In this document: in pieces, positions 1 through 10,560 of the stretch | Layout of the letters: the number at the start of each line of letters is the position of its first letter | Numbering within the stretch: position 1 is the first letter of the stretch | Source of the DNA: Chlorokybus atmophyticus | Lineage: Eukaryota > Plantae > Mesostigma and Chlorokybus algae | Direction of reading: 5' to 3' | NCBI GenBank assembly: GCA_009103225.1 | Contig: RHPI01002048.1 | Coordinates: 520,699 to 561,632 of the forward strand | DNA length: 40,934 nt | Notes under the pieces: generated by a model | Told to the model about the DNA's origin: nothing | The model's input: only the letters and a program-made list of their open reading frames with translations | The model's database searches: none | Translations under genes and position numbers: made by a program

Positions 1-129
1 CCCTCAAACCCTTTTCGTACAGAGCAATGAGCGCGACAAATACTGAAGCTACTACGTCGGGTGGTTGCCCTTGAGTTGATCGCCCCCATAAACGTTTCGA
101 CACTGACTAAGCATGCATGTGGCAAGCAC

Positions 130-444
130 CTCATCCTTCAGAGCGCTGCCGAGGAAGAACTCGACAATCTGATGCTCCTTGATGGGTAGCGAGTGGAGGT
201 AGATGTGCTCGAGGGACTTGATCTTTCCGTCCTTAACCAGACGACCCAGCTTGGTGACAGGCACCCATTTCTCCTCCTCTTCCTTACGGGCGCCGCGGCG
301 GCCACCGGGACCACCACCACGTCCGCGTCCGCGTCCGCGGTCACCACCACGTCCACCACGGTCGCCGAATCCGCGGCCAAACCCGCCACGGCCTTCCCCA
401 CGGCCCTCCCCACGGCCCTCCCCTCTTGGTGGAGCGTCCGCCAT
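130..444 (-). CDS. RPS2: 40S ribosomal protein S2 (uS5), first coding exon; gene continues off the left edge
   Basis: Exon 444-130 reads [17 protein letters not shown]-(RGG-rich)[40 protein letters not shown]..LKDE, the conserved eukaryotic uS5 N-terminus. GT donor (GAG|gtgctt) at 129; the next exon lies outside the window. Confidence 0.96.
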
Positions 445-526
445 GGCCGCAGATCCGCCGCCCGGCAACGCCGCCACCGACGCCGCCGCCGCCGCCAGCG
501 CCAAAGAGACCTTCTTCGACTGCGGC

Positions 527-534
527 TAGGGTTT
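527..534 (-). promoter_or_regulatory. Telo-box (AAACCCTA) upstream of RPS2
   Basis: TAGGGTTT at 527-534, about 85 nt upstream of the RPS2 ATG. Telo-boxes are established elements of plant ribosomal-protein gene leaders/promoters. Confidence 0.65.
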
Positions 535-1015
535 TAGCATCCGATCGACGGCCTGCATTGCACGGGAGCTTTGCTAGACGCACCTGACGGCTACAAGCAT
601 CCGCTGGCCGCCGCGGTCAGGCGCACTAACTGCATACGAATGCACGAGTGCACCACTGAATTGAATGACCTTGCTTTGAGTCTAAAGTTACCTTTTCATG
701 AACTGGAGACGACGTTTGTCGTGGAACTGGATTAGCAACGGGCTTAACTGCGTAGCTCGTCACGCTACGTCACTCACGCATGACGTTTGAATCAGTCAGT
801 CGTACTGTGTGACAAATGGCCGTCCTTCCCGCCACACCTAGTGTCAAGGTTGCGGTAGGCGGCGGTGTACCTGGCAGAGTTTGTCTGGGCTGCTGATAAA
901 TCGCCTGTTGTCTGTGTGCCTGGCATGCGAGTCCGAGGCTTCTTGGTATGCTGATGCGGCAGCTGGCGAATTGGTGACTTGAAAACACAGCCGCCCAGCT
1001 GACGCCGACGCAGCC

Positions 1016-4000
1016 ATGAACTTGGGCCTTTTAAGTGCGTGCTTTGCAGGATCTTATGCAATATGCGCTCGTTCTGCATTAGTTGCAGCATGTATGGTCG
1101 CCTGCCGCGAACATTCATATGCACATGCACGGAAGGACACTCAGGACATTGGACGCTGTGTTGTGGCAAGGCTGCCAATTGGTGTCGTTTGCAAGCCTTT
1201 CCGCGCAGCATTTTTTTGCATTTGATTCAACCACACCTAAGCCTAGTGCCGTTAAGCTTTGTGCACAGCAGCGTCCACTCTGGACTCCATTGCACATCTT
1301 GTGTTCGTGCTATGCTTCCACTATGCACTTACAAAACGCAATGTGTTCAACAAAGATCCGTTCCAAAGCGACATCCCAGAGGTTATTGAAGAGTGGCTCG
1401 ACTATCGGCAGTCCCAGTGCATAGCTTTCAACAGACGTGGCACACTCTTAGCCGGTGAGTGCAACAAGTGTAAATGAGACAAGCAGCAGACTGGTGCCTG
1501 AGCGCATACTGCACGCATGCTAGTTGGCTGCTTGTTACATACACAAACCTTAAGCATTGCCATGTCAGCGCACGTGATCTCAGTCATTGCAGCTTGTCGG
1601 AATGACTGAGATCACATGAGAGAAAGCAGCAAACTCAGCCCACAAGTCATTGCCGACATCCATCACTGAACATGGCTTGCAGCGGGCTGCTCCGATGGTG
1701 CAATCGTGATTTGGGACTTTGAGACAAGAGGAGTCGCACGCTGCTGGGAGCATCATAAAGGGGCGGTCACAACTGTCAGTTGGTCGCAGAACGGCCGCCG
1801 ACTGCTGAGTGGTTCAGTGGACCAGACCATTGTTTGCTGGGACGTTGAAGCCGGGAGGCCGCTGCATGCAGTCCAGGTAGCGGCGCCCGTCATTTCAGCT
1901 AAACTGCACCCAAAGGACAGCAACATCTGCTTGGTTTGCCCGGCAGCGGACTACCCATGCCTGGTTCAGTTGTTAGAGGGAAAGGTCACTGTGCTGCCGT
2001 TGTCAATGGAAACTCCACCTGCACCACCAGTGCAACCTGCGGCCACCAATGGTAGCAATGGTAGGCCCAACGGGCAGCTGAAGTCTGTTGAATGGGTTGT
2101 ACCAGTGGCAGTCGCTTCTTTCAACAAGCAGGGCGATCTTGTATTTGTTGGCAACGCGAAAGGGTGCATCATCATCGTTGACACCATATCTGGGTAAGAT
2201 CTCAAGACAGCATGTTGCAGACACATAACATGACTTGCAGACTGTCAGCGTACGGAGCTAGGAGCAACATCTGGCTGTGTTTTTGGCTTTGCAGGCAGAC
2301 GATAAGTGCATGCAAAATCGCGGGTGGCGCTGCTGTCAAGTCTGTTGCCTTCAGTCGCAGCGGACGCTACTTCCTGGTCAACTCAGCGGATCGTGTTGTG
2401 CGAGTTTATGAAAGCATTCACCCATCTGAAGTTGGTGACCATGAGGTGCGTAGCTCTTGTGTGGTAAAACTATGCAGTCCAAACACTTCTGGCGATCGTG
2501 TTTGCATGTGTCATAGGCTTCCGCACAGGCGTTTCAAGCAAGCAGCGACGCAGTTAATCAGTCTCAACACAATGCTGCACTTCAACCACATCTGTTGAGA
2601 TTCAAAAAGGAATTCAAGGATGGTGTCAATCGTCGAACTTGGAAGACTGCTTGCTTCAGTGGCAACGGGGACTACGTAATCATGTCAGGTATTGATGCAT
2701 GCCTGTGTTAGGTTTAGCTTGTGGAAAGCTGCTTCGCATGTAAATCATGGTTTACAAAGGAACTTGCAGGTGCGGAAAAGGCACAACATGTCATTTATAT
2801 TTACAGCACGAACTTTGGACAACTTGTCAGGATGCTGGAAGGACCTCCAGAAGGGACGCTTGATCTGGTATGCATGTAGCGTCGCACAAGTACATTCCTA
2901 CTCTGGTTGACAGTGATGTGCGTATCAACGAGCCGATTGATTTCATGCATCGTTGTTCACCAGGCCTGCCACCCAGTACAACCTATCATAGCATCGGTGG
3001 CGTCCTCGGGTTTTGTGTACATATGGGCAAAGAGCTGCACAGAAAACTGGAGCGCGTTTGCTCCCGACTTCAAAGAGCTCGAGGAGAATGAGGAGTATGT
3101 TGAGCGCGAAGATGAGTTTGACTTGAACCGAGAAGAAGAGAAGGTACTTGTTTCTTGTTGCAAATGACAGCCATTTATACGATTTCAAAACTCTCATGTC
3201 AGCACACTCTCTGCAGGAAAAGGTCAAGAAGCAGCCTGAGAACGAAGACGTGGACGTCATAACAGAAGACCCCATCCCTGCATTCAGTGATGCGGAAGAG
3301 GACGGGCTCCATTTCTTACCTGTTGAGCCCGAAAAGGATGCAGAAGAACCGGAGGATCCATCAACTCCGGCTCAGACTGCCATGCAAATAACAGCAAGGA
3401 CGCCTCGAGCGGAGGCTCCAATGGCGGAAACCTTGACAGGTTGGAATACGGCACTTTGCATGAACCTGATGATGAGCATGTTGCACAATGCAGCCGTACT
3501 TGTGTTTGCGGCCAGTATAGACAAGCATGGAGAGCTTGCTTACCCAAAATGTGACACTCCTTCAAGGTACCAAGCGTCGCTTCACAGAGGCTTTGGAAGC
3601 GGCGAACGTTTCAAAAGATGCAGTGGCTGAAGAGAAGGCTGAGACAGATGATGGCACAGGGTGCAAGGAGAACTGCCGCTGCAAGGATTGCAAGCAGAAG
3701 CGAAAGGAGGCTCGCCGCAGATTCAATGAAGCCAATGGCAGGGGAGGGCAGGTGCGCACAAAGACTGTCGCCACTGCCAAGGCGGCAAAAGGTTTGGATC
3801 GGAGAAGCGCAGAGAAAGCCGATGCAGATGTGCCGCAGGCATCCCTGGAGCACATAGTAGAGGGCAAGGTGGAATTGCCAGGTACAGAAGCAGCAAGCAT
3901 GACAGTGGCAGATGATTCAGCTCCTGAGCACAGGAGTGTTGACGGCGAAGATGTCCGGAGAGCAGCCACAGAGCGTTCACATGTAAAGGTGGAGTTTCAA

Positions 4001-4117
4001 TCAGAGCAGAGCAGATGTGAGCCCAGTGAGGACCAGCCTATGCCTGTAGGTGTGAAAGTGGAGGTTGCCTTGCTCTTTCCGAAAGGGGCGGTTGCAGATG
4101 CTGGCTGCTTGCGCTAA
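1016..4117 (+). CDS. RBBP5: RBBP5/Swd1-like WD40 subunit of the COMPASS H3K4 methyltransferase complex, 9 exons
   Basis: Exons 1016-1034, 1356-1454, 1683-2193, 2295-2445, 2529-2688, 2770-2867, 2964-3143, 3217-3439, 3567-4117; all GT-AG and phase-consistent. Motifs: PEVIEEWL..CIAFNRRGTLLAAGC.DG.IVIWDFETRG and the hallmark ENWSAFAPDFKELEENEEYVEREDEFD. The last acceptor is the least certain. Confidence 0.94.
1571..1618. repeat. Inverted repeat/hairpin in RBBP5 intron 2
   Basis: cacgtgatctcagtcatt (1571-1588) / aatgactgagatcacatg (1601-1618): 15 bp perfect plus 2 further pairs after one mismatch; 12-nt loop. Confidence 0.85.
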
Positions 4118-5549
4118 GAACAGAGCAAGGGCACTGTTGCCGTGTACATACCAGCGCCAGCAGCAGCAGCAAGTTTGGGTTTTAAGCGGGCGACACAACA
4201 GCCACACAGTGCAATGCCTCGTTGCACCATTGCTGAGCAGCAAGTTCACCTTGGTTTCCACACTGGCTGTGCGACAGCGCGCAGTTCAACTGAACATTAG
4301 CTGCGTTACTATCCATGCGCAGACTTCAATAAGGTGCTGGACTATGTATGCTGGGAGCACTTGCCAAACATGTGCATACGGTGTCTCCTCGTGTACGGAT
4401 GCGGAGTAGGTAACATGTACAAAAGATGCGAGAGGCAATCAGCAGTGTTTGGCGAACGTTACTTGATGTGTAAGCATGCATACAAGCATGAGTAAGCAGT
4501 TCGGTATGTGCAGTCATGCTGCACATGCCATACCTCTCACATACACCCGCAACTGGGGGGCGTGGGGCAGCACAGCACAGCACCTGCCTTGGCTGCAGGA
4601 CTCATTGGCCCCACCTGCTGCAGGTTGTTTCCCCATCCTCGCCTTGCACCCTTCTTCAACCTACTGCTGTTTTGCACGCACGCTCACACGCGCACATGCA
4701 CACATGCACGCACATGTAATTGAGCATCACATACGCACACGTACGTAGGTGAAGTTGAGAGTATATACCCCCCACCTACAATTATGTCATGCCCCGGTAT
4801 GATATGTTGATACTAGCTGGCGTTGATCAGCTATAGTGCCTTTAACAACTAGAGTGTGTCATGATTCTATGTCCCATTCTGTATGGTAGGATCTATACAT
4901 AACATTATCATTGTGGCAGTCAATTGTCATCGTCAAAGGCCGCTGCTGCACTACTCACCTCTTTGGTCCCTCCTCTCCTTTCCTCTTATATACGCTGCAG
5001 GTATTAGCTTGTAGTACGAGCGGTCGGCTTCACGTTACCGCATGACATGTAGCACACACTAGCTCTAAGCTTAGCATTGTCCACACAAACAGCGAGTATG
5101 TGCACCATTTCGTACGAGCGATGCATATGAAGGTTGCTCAAAAGTACTTGGTCAGCGCTTGAGTTGTTTATAAGCGTCAAGGTATTAGCAATAACGTCAA
5201 ACAATTGACAACAAATGAATGTCGTTGGTAATTGCTGATTAACACAATTGTCCACTTATTATACCAAAAGATGGTTAGCCAACACTATTAACAGATTCCA
5301 TGTTGGACAAATGTGCATCTCATATTCCTTGAGTGTGCTTTGTACGATTGCGCGTGTTGTGCTACGTGTGGTCACGGTGACCATTATGATAGCCAAACCA
5401 TGTATATGGTTGGCATAAGTGAGTATGCGCGCCTTCCGTACAGAATAGATGGAACCTTAATGATATACCATATGAAAGGCGCGCATAAGCTTGTTGTTGC
5501 TAAGCGTGTAGATATTGTGGACTTTACAGTAGCTCAAACCATTGGCAGC

Positions 5550-5578
5550 ACAAGCCATCTACAGTGTAGATGGCTTGT
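5550..5578. repeat. Perfect 14-bp inverted repeat with 1-nt spacer
   Basis: acaagccatctaca-g-tgtagatggcttgt. Confidence 0.9.
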
Positions 5579-6782
5579 TTTGGGTTGTTGTATTAGTAGC
5601 GCTATGGTTTCCACACTTAGACACTTTGCATGTTCATAAGAGAATTAGTGACAGCTCACTACCAAACATAGCTTGCAAAAGGTTATCACTGCAGGTTAAG
5701 CTGCGATACAGCATCGTTTGCATCAAGTATATTATTGTAATTGCATACACCGAGGCTTGCTACATGCATATTGCGTCAAAGCATTGAATGATCCGCTTTA
5801 TATGATTATCATGAGATTTCGCCACTACTTATCTCTCGATTTATCGATCTTTGGGCACATAAGGAGCTTTATGAAATTTTTATGGACATAAACAATAGTC
5901 CATAATATCACAACCTGACAGGGTAGAACCCATAGCTGTGACAGCAAGTCATCACATGGTGATTGCAAGGAACAACACTGCTACGGGTGCATCATGGAGT
6001 GCTGGACGCGCATTTACTACAGCATAGCCTGCAGCCCACTTATGTTCAGACTAAACGCGTAAGAGCACAGGTGGTAACACCGAAGTGAGGTGGCGGCGCC
6101 ATAACCAAGGGAGAGGCGAAGCAGTTGGACGGGGGCCAAGTCTAGGCGTTGGTCTTGTCGTCATCGTGCATGCCGCTGCTGCTGAAGAACGGACCTGATC
6201 CTGCTCTCTCCCTGCGCTCTGCAGGTTGGATTCTCAGATGCTGTTGGTTGCCTGTACCCTCTCCCACCCCCACTCCTGCCTGAGAGTTCTAGCAGTCTTA
6301 GCCATCATAGTCGTCATAACAGTCAGGGTTGATGATAGCTAGGTTAACTATGCCTTGGCCCCCATGCAATTTGAGTGCGCTACTGTTTGCTTGCTGTTGT
6401 TTAAGGTTAGCACATTGCTTGCTTCATGCACGTGGCCCCGAGGGAATGCTAGAGTTTGCTATAAACGCAACTCTACTGTTGGTTGATGATAGATCTCTTG
6501 TAAACCAAGCCACTACCAAACATAGCAACAATCGGGCGCCACGATAGCCATTTAACTAACCATGCAACATCTATATACCACACGCTCCTAGGCCACTCCG
6601 CACAACCCACCACCAGCCACAATTGAAGTGGGCAAGTGAGGGGAAGTAGTGTGTTGGCCACATTCAATGCTTTGTTTTGCGACCTGACCATATGAAAGGC
6701 CAATAAAGTCTCAGCCTACCGGGGCATGCAGTGCACTTCAGCCTATACAAGATACCCTCTGGTGGCTGCAGATAGCTGCGCG

Positions 6783-6999
6783 ATGCTATACATTCTGCCT
6801 GCCGCTACCACACTACTTGCTTATCACGTCCAGCACATAGCTATAGCGCCAGCCCCATAGCGTCATAGAGTGCTGCTGTTCGCAGTGCTGTTAGTTCTAT
6901 TGCTTGGTGCTGTTGCGTATTAATTGTGGGTGCTGGCCCCTGGGTTTTACCCTGAGATCAAGGATGACGTGGCCTTGTAGTGTCAGCTGTTCATTGGCA
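6783..6999 (+). pseudogene. Decayed coding fragment with a hydrophobic (membrane-anchor-like) segment
   Basis: One frame reads MLYILPAATTLLAYHVQHIAIAPAP*RHRVLLFAVLLVLLLGAVAY*LWVLAPGFYPEIKDDVAL*CQLFIGK, with stops TAG 6858, TAA 6921 and TAG 6978. No homologue recognised. Confidence 0.3.
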
Positions 7000-7250
7000 A
7001 GACATGCACTGTCTATACACATGCATGAGGTATACTAGTACATGCACCCTAGCTAATTGTCAGCAAACGCAAACAAGCCCAAACACTCCGCTCACTATTC
7101 ACACCAGGGGGTACGGCCGTTACTCTATCACCTAGCTAGCTAGCTATGTGAATGTGTGCAATGTGTGCGTGCAATCGTAGTGCAGCAGAGGCACTGCAGA
7201 GGTCAACCAGGGGCACCACCCTAGCTTCTGCAAGCAGCCTTACTTCCCAG

Positions 7251-7545
7251 GCGGCCAGTCTTCAGGGAGGAGGGCGCCTAGGCTGCCGCGGCAGGCGGCG
7301 TCCAGGCCGGAGACATCCTCACTGAGATCGCCGGCCTCCCCCTCCCACAGGCGTGCCCTGGCGAGGAAGTCCGTCGCCGCTGCTGTCCCTGCCATGGCGT
7401 TGCTCAGGCGCCTGCCAGCTGTGGTGGCGGCCAGGTGGGAGACTAGGGTGCGGGCGATGGAGTCGCTGACAACAGCGCTGAGCAGGTCGCTTACATCGCC
7501 ACCGTCGTCACCGCCAACCGTGCGCGCCGCCCTCGCCGCCGATCC
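7251..7545 (+). pseudogene. Isolated GC-rich coding-like fragment with a PDZ-like motif and in-frame stops
   Basis: Frame reads EEGA*AAAAGGVQAGDILTEIAGLPL..GEEVRR, resembling the PDZ consensus A..aG.lq.GD.I.eI.G. Strong C-ending codon bias; TAG at 7279 and 7444. The mirror antisense frame is open but has no recognisable motif. Confidence 0.4.
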
Positions 7546-7723
7546 CCAGCAACAGCCATGCATGCAGATTTTGTGGCATACCCCTTGTGTACATATGTAC
7601 AACCAAGGGTCAACATGAAACAATGGCTCCAACTGCTTGTTGGTGCAACGCGCAGCTACTGGCGCGGCATGCCAACACATTGACAGACAACCTGTACATG
7701 CTATACAAAGCCTTGGCCCCGCC

Positions 7724-9690
7724 TCAAGCGCGCACGCGCGGCCCCCTGCAGTACCGCAAGTCAGCTGGCATGCCATAGCTGTACAGTGCTACACGCTCAC
7801 TGCAACATCACTGCGCACAAGCATACAAGCACATCACCTGTAAGCCCCTCTGGTTACTATGAAATCGTCGGGGGGCTCAAATGGCTCCAGCAAAACTGCA
7901 TCATTACTACCAGGGCGTTGCATCTCAGCGTAATAAGTGCAGTCTCGCCCTTCATGAGGAGCGTACGGTGGTATGAGTACATCCAGAATAGCACATGGCG
8001 TCAATGCCGTAAACTCGTGGATGTTTCCCACTTCGGGTTGCAGCTGTTGTACATCGCATGGTGCCGTGACAACAGTGTCCACCACCTGGCGAGCCTTCCG
8101 TGCTGCCAATGCCAAAGATCTCAAGAAGAGTGGATATCTCGCCCAATGGCAGCATGCACAATAAACTACAGCTGCATCATGGCAGTCTTGACTGAGCAGA
8201 TCATACATCTAGAGCTTAAACAAACTATGGCACTACTTGCAAGAACAAAGGCACTGCAGTCCGCGCAACAGCAGCACTGCTGTCTGCAGCAGCTTGCAAC
8301 AGAATGGTGCAACTACATATGACAAAAGACAGCATTACCTGCGTACGGGCCTGTTGAGGGCTCCAGCCAGTCATATGCCCGAACACGCAGTGAACCATAC
8401 AGCAATTTACTAAGCACAGTCATGCCTGGGTGATCATGCAGCCTGCCAGAACACTGTAAGATCTCCTGCCTCCCATATCCGACAGCCTTCCTGCTATGCT
8501 CTTGTAACAAACACAGCAAGCCAAGCCACTTACGGTATGGAGGCAAGCTCAGGGAGGCAGAATATTCCAATCTGTCAAGGAAGAGATAAATCCGTCAGCT
8601 GAATAACAGCTAGTCCAGGCAAGGTAACTACAGTGCACCATCATCACTGCAAAGAAACCTGACACCATTGCACCCATGCCTCAGAAACAACTCTGTGAGC
8701 ATGCCAACAGAACAATATCCAACGCTGTGAATAGACAACCAACCAAGGCACGCACCGAGTAAGCATCTGTTTCTTGAATGTGCAAATAAGCTATGGGTGG
8801 CGCCGACTGGCTCGTCTTCGGAGCTCCTGACGGCGCAGAACGCCTACCAAACAGACCTTCTAGACCATACGGTGAGTCCCTCTTCCTCTTGGAGTCGGTT
8901 GCCCGCAGCCCAACATCGGTCGCACTGATGGTTCCTAACAAACGTACAAGTACACAAAAACTGAGCGGTTCAGCATCAGCCTTGACACTGCATAAAATTG
9001 GTCTATACTGGTCAAGCATGAATCACACAGCCAGCAGCATAACACAGCTGTAGAGTTCAACTGCACAATGCGACAGCCAGACAAGCAAGCATGGCATGCT
9101 CAACGGACTGACAGACGCAGTGCAATACATGCGATGCAGGACACTAAGCATGCAAACTCAACACCGATAAGATGTGAAGGAAATCAAATTGGCTCACCTA
9201 ATAGCGAGCGAATCTGGTCAAGGACACCCTCTGACGGCGAGCCTGCGCGGGACAAGCTGTCCCTACACAATTCATGCAACCTCTGAATCTTTGGCACTGT
9301 ACTTCCTGCTACCAATTGACACCATCAAAGAGGGCTCCACGCACATGCTTACTCAACACCAAACTGCAGCACAGACACAGTTGAGCAAGTATTACGAAAT
9401 AAGCTGACCAAGAGTTTGCATAGTCATCCATGACCCACGCTCACTGTTTGACATTGCAAAAAAATGCTTCTTGAGTAATGCTGTGACATAGAGCACCCAA
9501 AACTGAATATCATCCCGGATGAGGACATAATAACGGAAACTTGAACACCCCAAAATCATGCACAAGCAGCGCTTGTGAATGCAAACTGACCACTGCATCA
9601 ACAAGAAAACTACACAATCGCATACACTTGTAAGGGGGCGGATGGGTGGCAATCATGCAAGTGCTTGCCTGAGGACGTTGAAGCAGTCAT
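7724..9690 (-). CDS. PCO: Plant cysteine oxidase / cysteamine (2-aminoethanethiol) dioxygenase family, cupin fold, 7 exons
   Basis: Exons 9690-9669, 9305-9198, 8934-8756, 8571-8534, 8442-8339, 8102-7838, 7745-7724; phase-consistent. Motifs: [78 protein letters not shown]...GRDCTYY and C-terminal YRGP. Intron 1 has a GC donor; the start codon is uncertain (in-frame ATGs also at 9801 and 10008). Confidence 0.93.
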
Positions 9691-9728
9691 GCTGGACGCA
9701 GCGCGTGGGGAGGGGCCAGGGGAGGGAG

Positions 9729-9736
9729 AAACCCTA
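9729..9736 (+). promoter_or_regulatory. Telo-box in the PCO leader region
   Basis: AAACCCTA at 9729-9736; degenerate telomeric repeats CCCTAAACCCGAAACCCT also at 10019-10036. Confidence 0.45.
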
Positions 9737-10082
9737 GCCCTGCTGCTGGCGTTTCTTGCGGCGCCGCCCGCAGAAGCCCAGGGCAGGAGGCGGAAGTGCA
9801 TGCCGGGCGGCCGGCTGCTGCATGGGCAAGCCACCGCCGCCTGCACGACCTCCCCTTGCCCCCGCGGGAGGCGCAGGTTGCCGGGAGCAGCCGCCGCCGC
9901 CCCAGCCTTCCCGCAGGACTGCACGGTCAGCAACGGCGCACTTCCGCACGCCTCAATACCTCCTCCGCCTAGGCACAACCCAGACGCCCACATGCAGAGC
10001 AAACGCAAACCCTCCCACCCCTAAACCCGAAACCCTCCCCCCTCCCCCTCCCCCGCCGCCGCCCCCGCCGCCGCCGCTGATC

Positions 10083-10176
10083 TTCCCGCCAATATTCCGT
10101 TCGAAACGTCAGCAGCAACGTCACGGTCAATTACGTAAGTTACGTAAAGATACGGTACCTTCATTAACTTACGTGA
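10083..10176. promoter_or_regulatory. Candidate bidirectional promoter core: E2F-like site plus ACGT cluster
   Basis: TTCCCGCCAA at 10083-10092 followed by five ACGT cores (10105-10176, including TTACGTAA twice), between the divergent PCO and DnaJ-zinc-finger genes. Confidence 0.4.
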
Positions 10177-10560
10177 TTGCCCCGGACCTACAGGCGCGTG
10201 CAATAAGATGATCTTGTTGCACGCGCCGAGCCTTCTGGTAACTCACAAAATAAGTGCGTACGAAGTCAACGATATGATCACAGGAGATCGCTCGTGCTTC
10301 GCTCGTGCATTGTACCAGGCGTGAGTGTGCCAAGTGGCGCCGCGCTGGGCCACACTTCGCGGTGGGCGGGCGAGGAGTAGGAGCAGGAGCACGAGGAGGA
10401 CGAGGAGGAGGCGGCGCGTGAGGAGGCGGATTGGGCGGATTGGGCGTCAAGAAGGGCAATCGGTGTAGGCGGTCATTTTTCATCGGTTGAGCTGCAAGGT
10501 GGGTGTTGGCGGGGCAGGGCGGGAAAGGGGCCAGGTAGCTAGCCTGCCCTGGCCACGGCT

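Noticed and set aside
6190-6225. TPP riboswitch (ACCTGATC core)
   Set aside because: Lacks the downstream TAATGCC..GCGTAGGGA and upstream CTGAGA elements, and there is no thiamine gene nearby.
6858-7446. TAG/TAA read as Gln (non-standard genetic code, as in some ulvophytes)
   Set aside because: UFD1 ends at TAG and PI31 at TAA exactly where the conserved C-termini end, and no intact gene has an internal TAR codon.
8595-8647. C/D box snoRNA candidate in PCO intron 3 (GTGATGA...CTGA, minus strand)
   Set aside because: Only about 52 nt, no terminal stem, and at best an 8-nt match to rRNA, not in the usual D+5 register.
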